From a virus (taxonomy: Duplodnaviria; Caudoviricetes): 64,000 bases of DNA. The notes beneath the pieces were generated by a model. It was not told where the DNA came from. It saw only the letters and a program-made list of their open reading frames with translations, and made no database searches. The DNA lies in IMG/VR virus record IMGVR_UViG_3300002220_000288, positions 33,491 to 97,490 of that record, one strand, 5' to 3'. A program made the position numbers and the translations under genes. Positions 63,231 through 64,000 of the stretch are shown piece by piece. The stretch's first letter is position 1. Every line of letters starts with the position of its first letter.

Positions 63231-64000
63231 ATGTCTTTGAAATTCCAGAGTACCGTCAAGCCTGAGCGCGGCACCGAGTACCTTGTCGATATCGACGATA
63301 TCGCCGTCGATCACGAATCCAACAATCGCTTCAGCCAGTCCGATATCGGCATCCTGGTTCAGTCTATCAGCCAGTACGGGCAGCTTGAGGCCGTTGGCGC
63401 GGTGCGCGAAAAGCCCAACAACACCCTTCGTCTAGCCTACGGGTTTGGCCGCTATGAAGCGATTAAGCGGATCAACGCTGGCGTACAGGAAGACCAGCGC
63501 ATGAAGATTAAGGTTGTCGTGTTTGACGGCAACGAGCGCGACGTGTTCTTTCGCAACTTGGCCGAGAACGCCCACCGGAACAGCCTCTCCCACATGGACT
63601 ATGCCCTCTCTATCCGGCGCATGAGCGAGAACTACGGCCAGACAGACTCTCAGATCGCCAGCTTCTTCGGACGCACGGGTGGATGGGTTAGCCAGCACCG
63701 GAGCCTCCTGAGCCTCGATTACAACATCCAACAGAAGGTCCATAACGGCGAGATCAACTTTACCGATGCCCTCTCTATCGCCAAGATGAGCACGGACAAG
63801 CAGAAGGTTGCGGCCAAGGAGATTGCGTCTGTTGTCACGGCCCCGGCACCCGCTGAGTTCGACAACAACGAAGACGACAACACCGATACCGTCATCGTCG
63901 CCAAGAGCGAAGGAGATCAGCCGGAAGAATCCACTCCGGCCAAGAAGAAGCGTGCCGTCAAAGAGATCATCCGCAAGCTATCCGACACGCCCAAGAACAA
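63231..64000 (+). CDS. ParB/Spo0J-family protein (truncated by the window end; not in the ORF track)
   Basis: SISQYGQLEAV, L.YGFGRYEA, NLAENAHRNSL, HTH TDSQIASFFGRTGGWVSQ; AAAGGAGAAAA RBS. Confidence 0.85.
   Translation, partial: MSLKFQSTVKPERGTEYLVDIDDIAVDHESNNRFSQSDIGILVQSISQYGQLEAVGAVREKPNNTLRLAYGFGRYEAIKRINAGVQEDQRMKIKVVVFDGNERDVFFRNLAENAHRNSLSHMDYALSIRRMSENYGQTDSQIASFFGRTGGWVSQHRSLLSLDYNIQQKVHNGEINFTDALSIAKMSTDKQKVAAKEIASVVTAPAPAEFDNNEDDNTDTVIVAKSEGDQPEESTPAKKKRAVKEIIRKLSDTPKN

Noticed and set aside
1-64000. tRNA genes, integrase, introns/inteins, stop-codon recoding
   Set aside because: None recognised by eye; ORFs tile densely under the standard code. tRNAscan was not run.

Overview
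A 64-kb segment of a large tailed dsDNA bacteriophage with podovirus-like morphogenesis genes. Minus-strand arm (1 to ~49.8 kb): internal-virion genes, recA, a tail fibre, a 3012-aa tandem-repeat nozzle protein, three adaptor-like proteins, major capsid, scaffold, phoH, portal, terminase, lysine-rich microproteins, SSBs, a deaminase, dUTPase, an amidase, Dps, an accessory fibre operon, methyltransferases and an M15 peptidase. After a non-coding strand-switch region (~49.85-50.55 kb), the plus-strand, early-like arm has sigma70-type promoters, strong AAAGGAG ribosome-binding sites, a MoxR-like AAA+/vWA pair, two glutamine amidotransferase + amidoligase pairs (the first flanked by five Gly-rich microproteins) and a ParB-like gene. 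Main discovery: two unannotated ~70-nt minus-strand transcription units (~43988-44055 and ~44714-44784), each with an extended -10 promoter and an intrinsic terminator. Their 11-nt hairpin loops are anti-Shine-Dalgarno sequences (UUUUCUCCUUU and UUUCCUCCUUU), and one RNA also carries a 14-nt copy of the 16S rRNA 3' end (GAUCACCUCCUUUC). The loops are complementary to the RBSs of the early arm, while nine minus-arm genes appear leaderless. This suggests a phage anti-SD sRNA translational switch, which is an untested inference. Family names are recalled from motifs; no database search was run.
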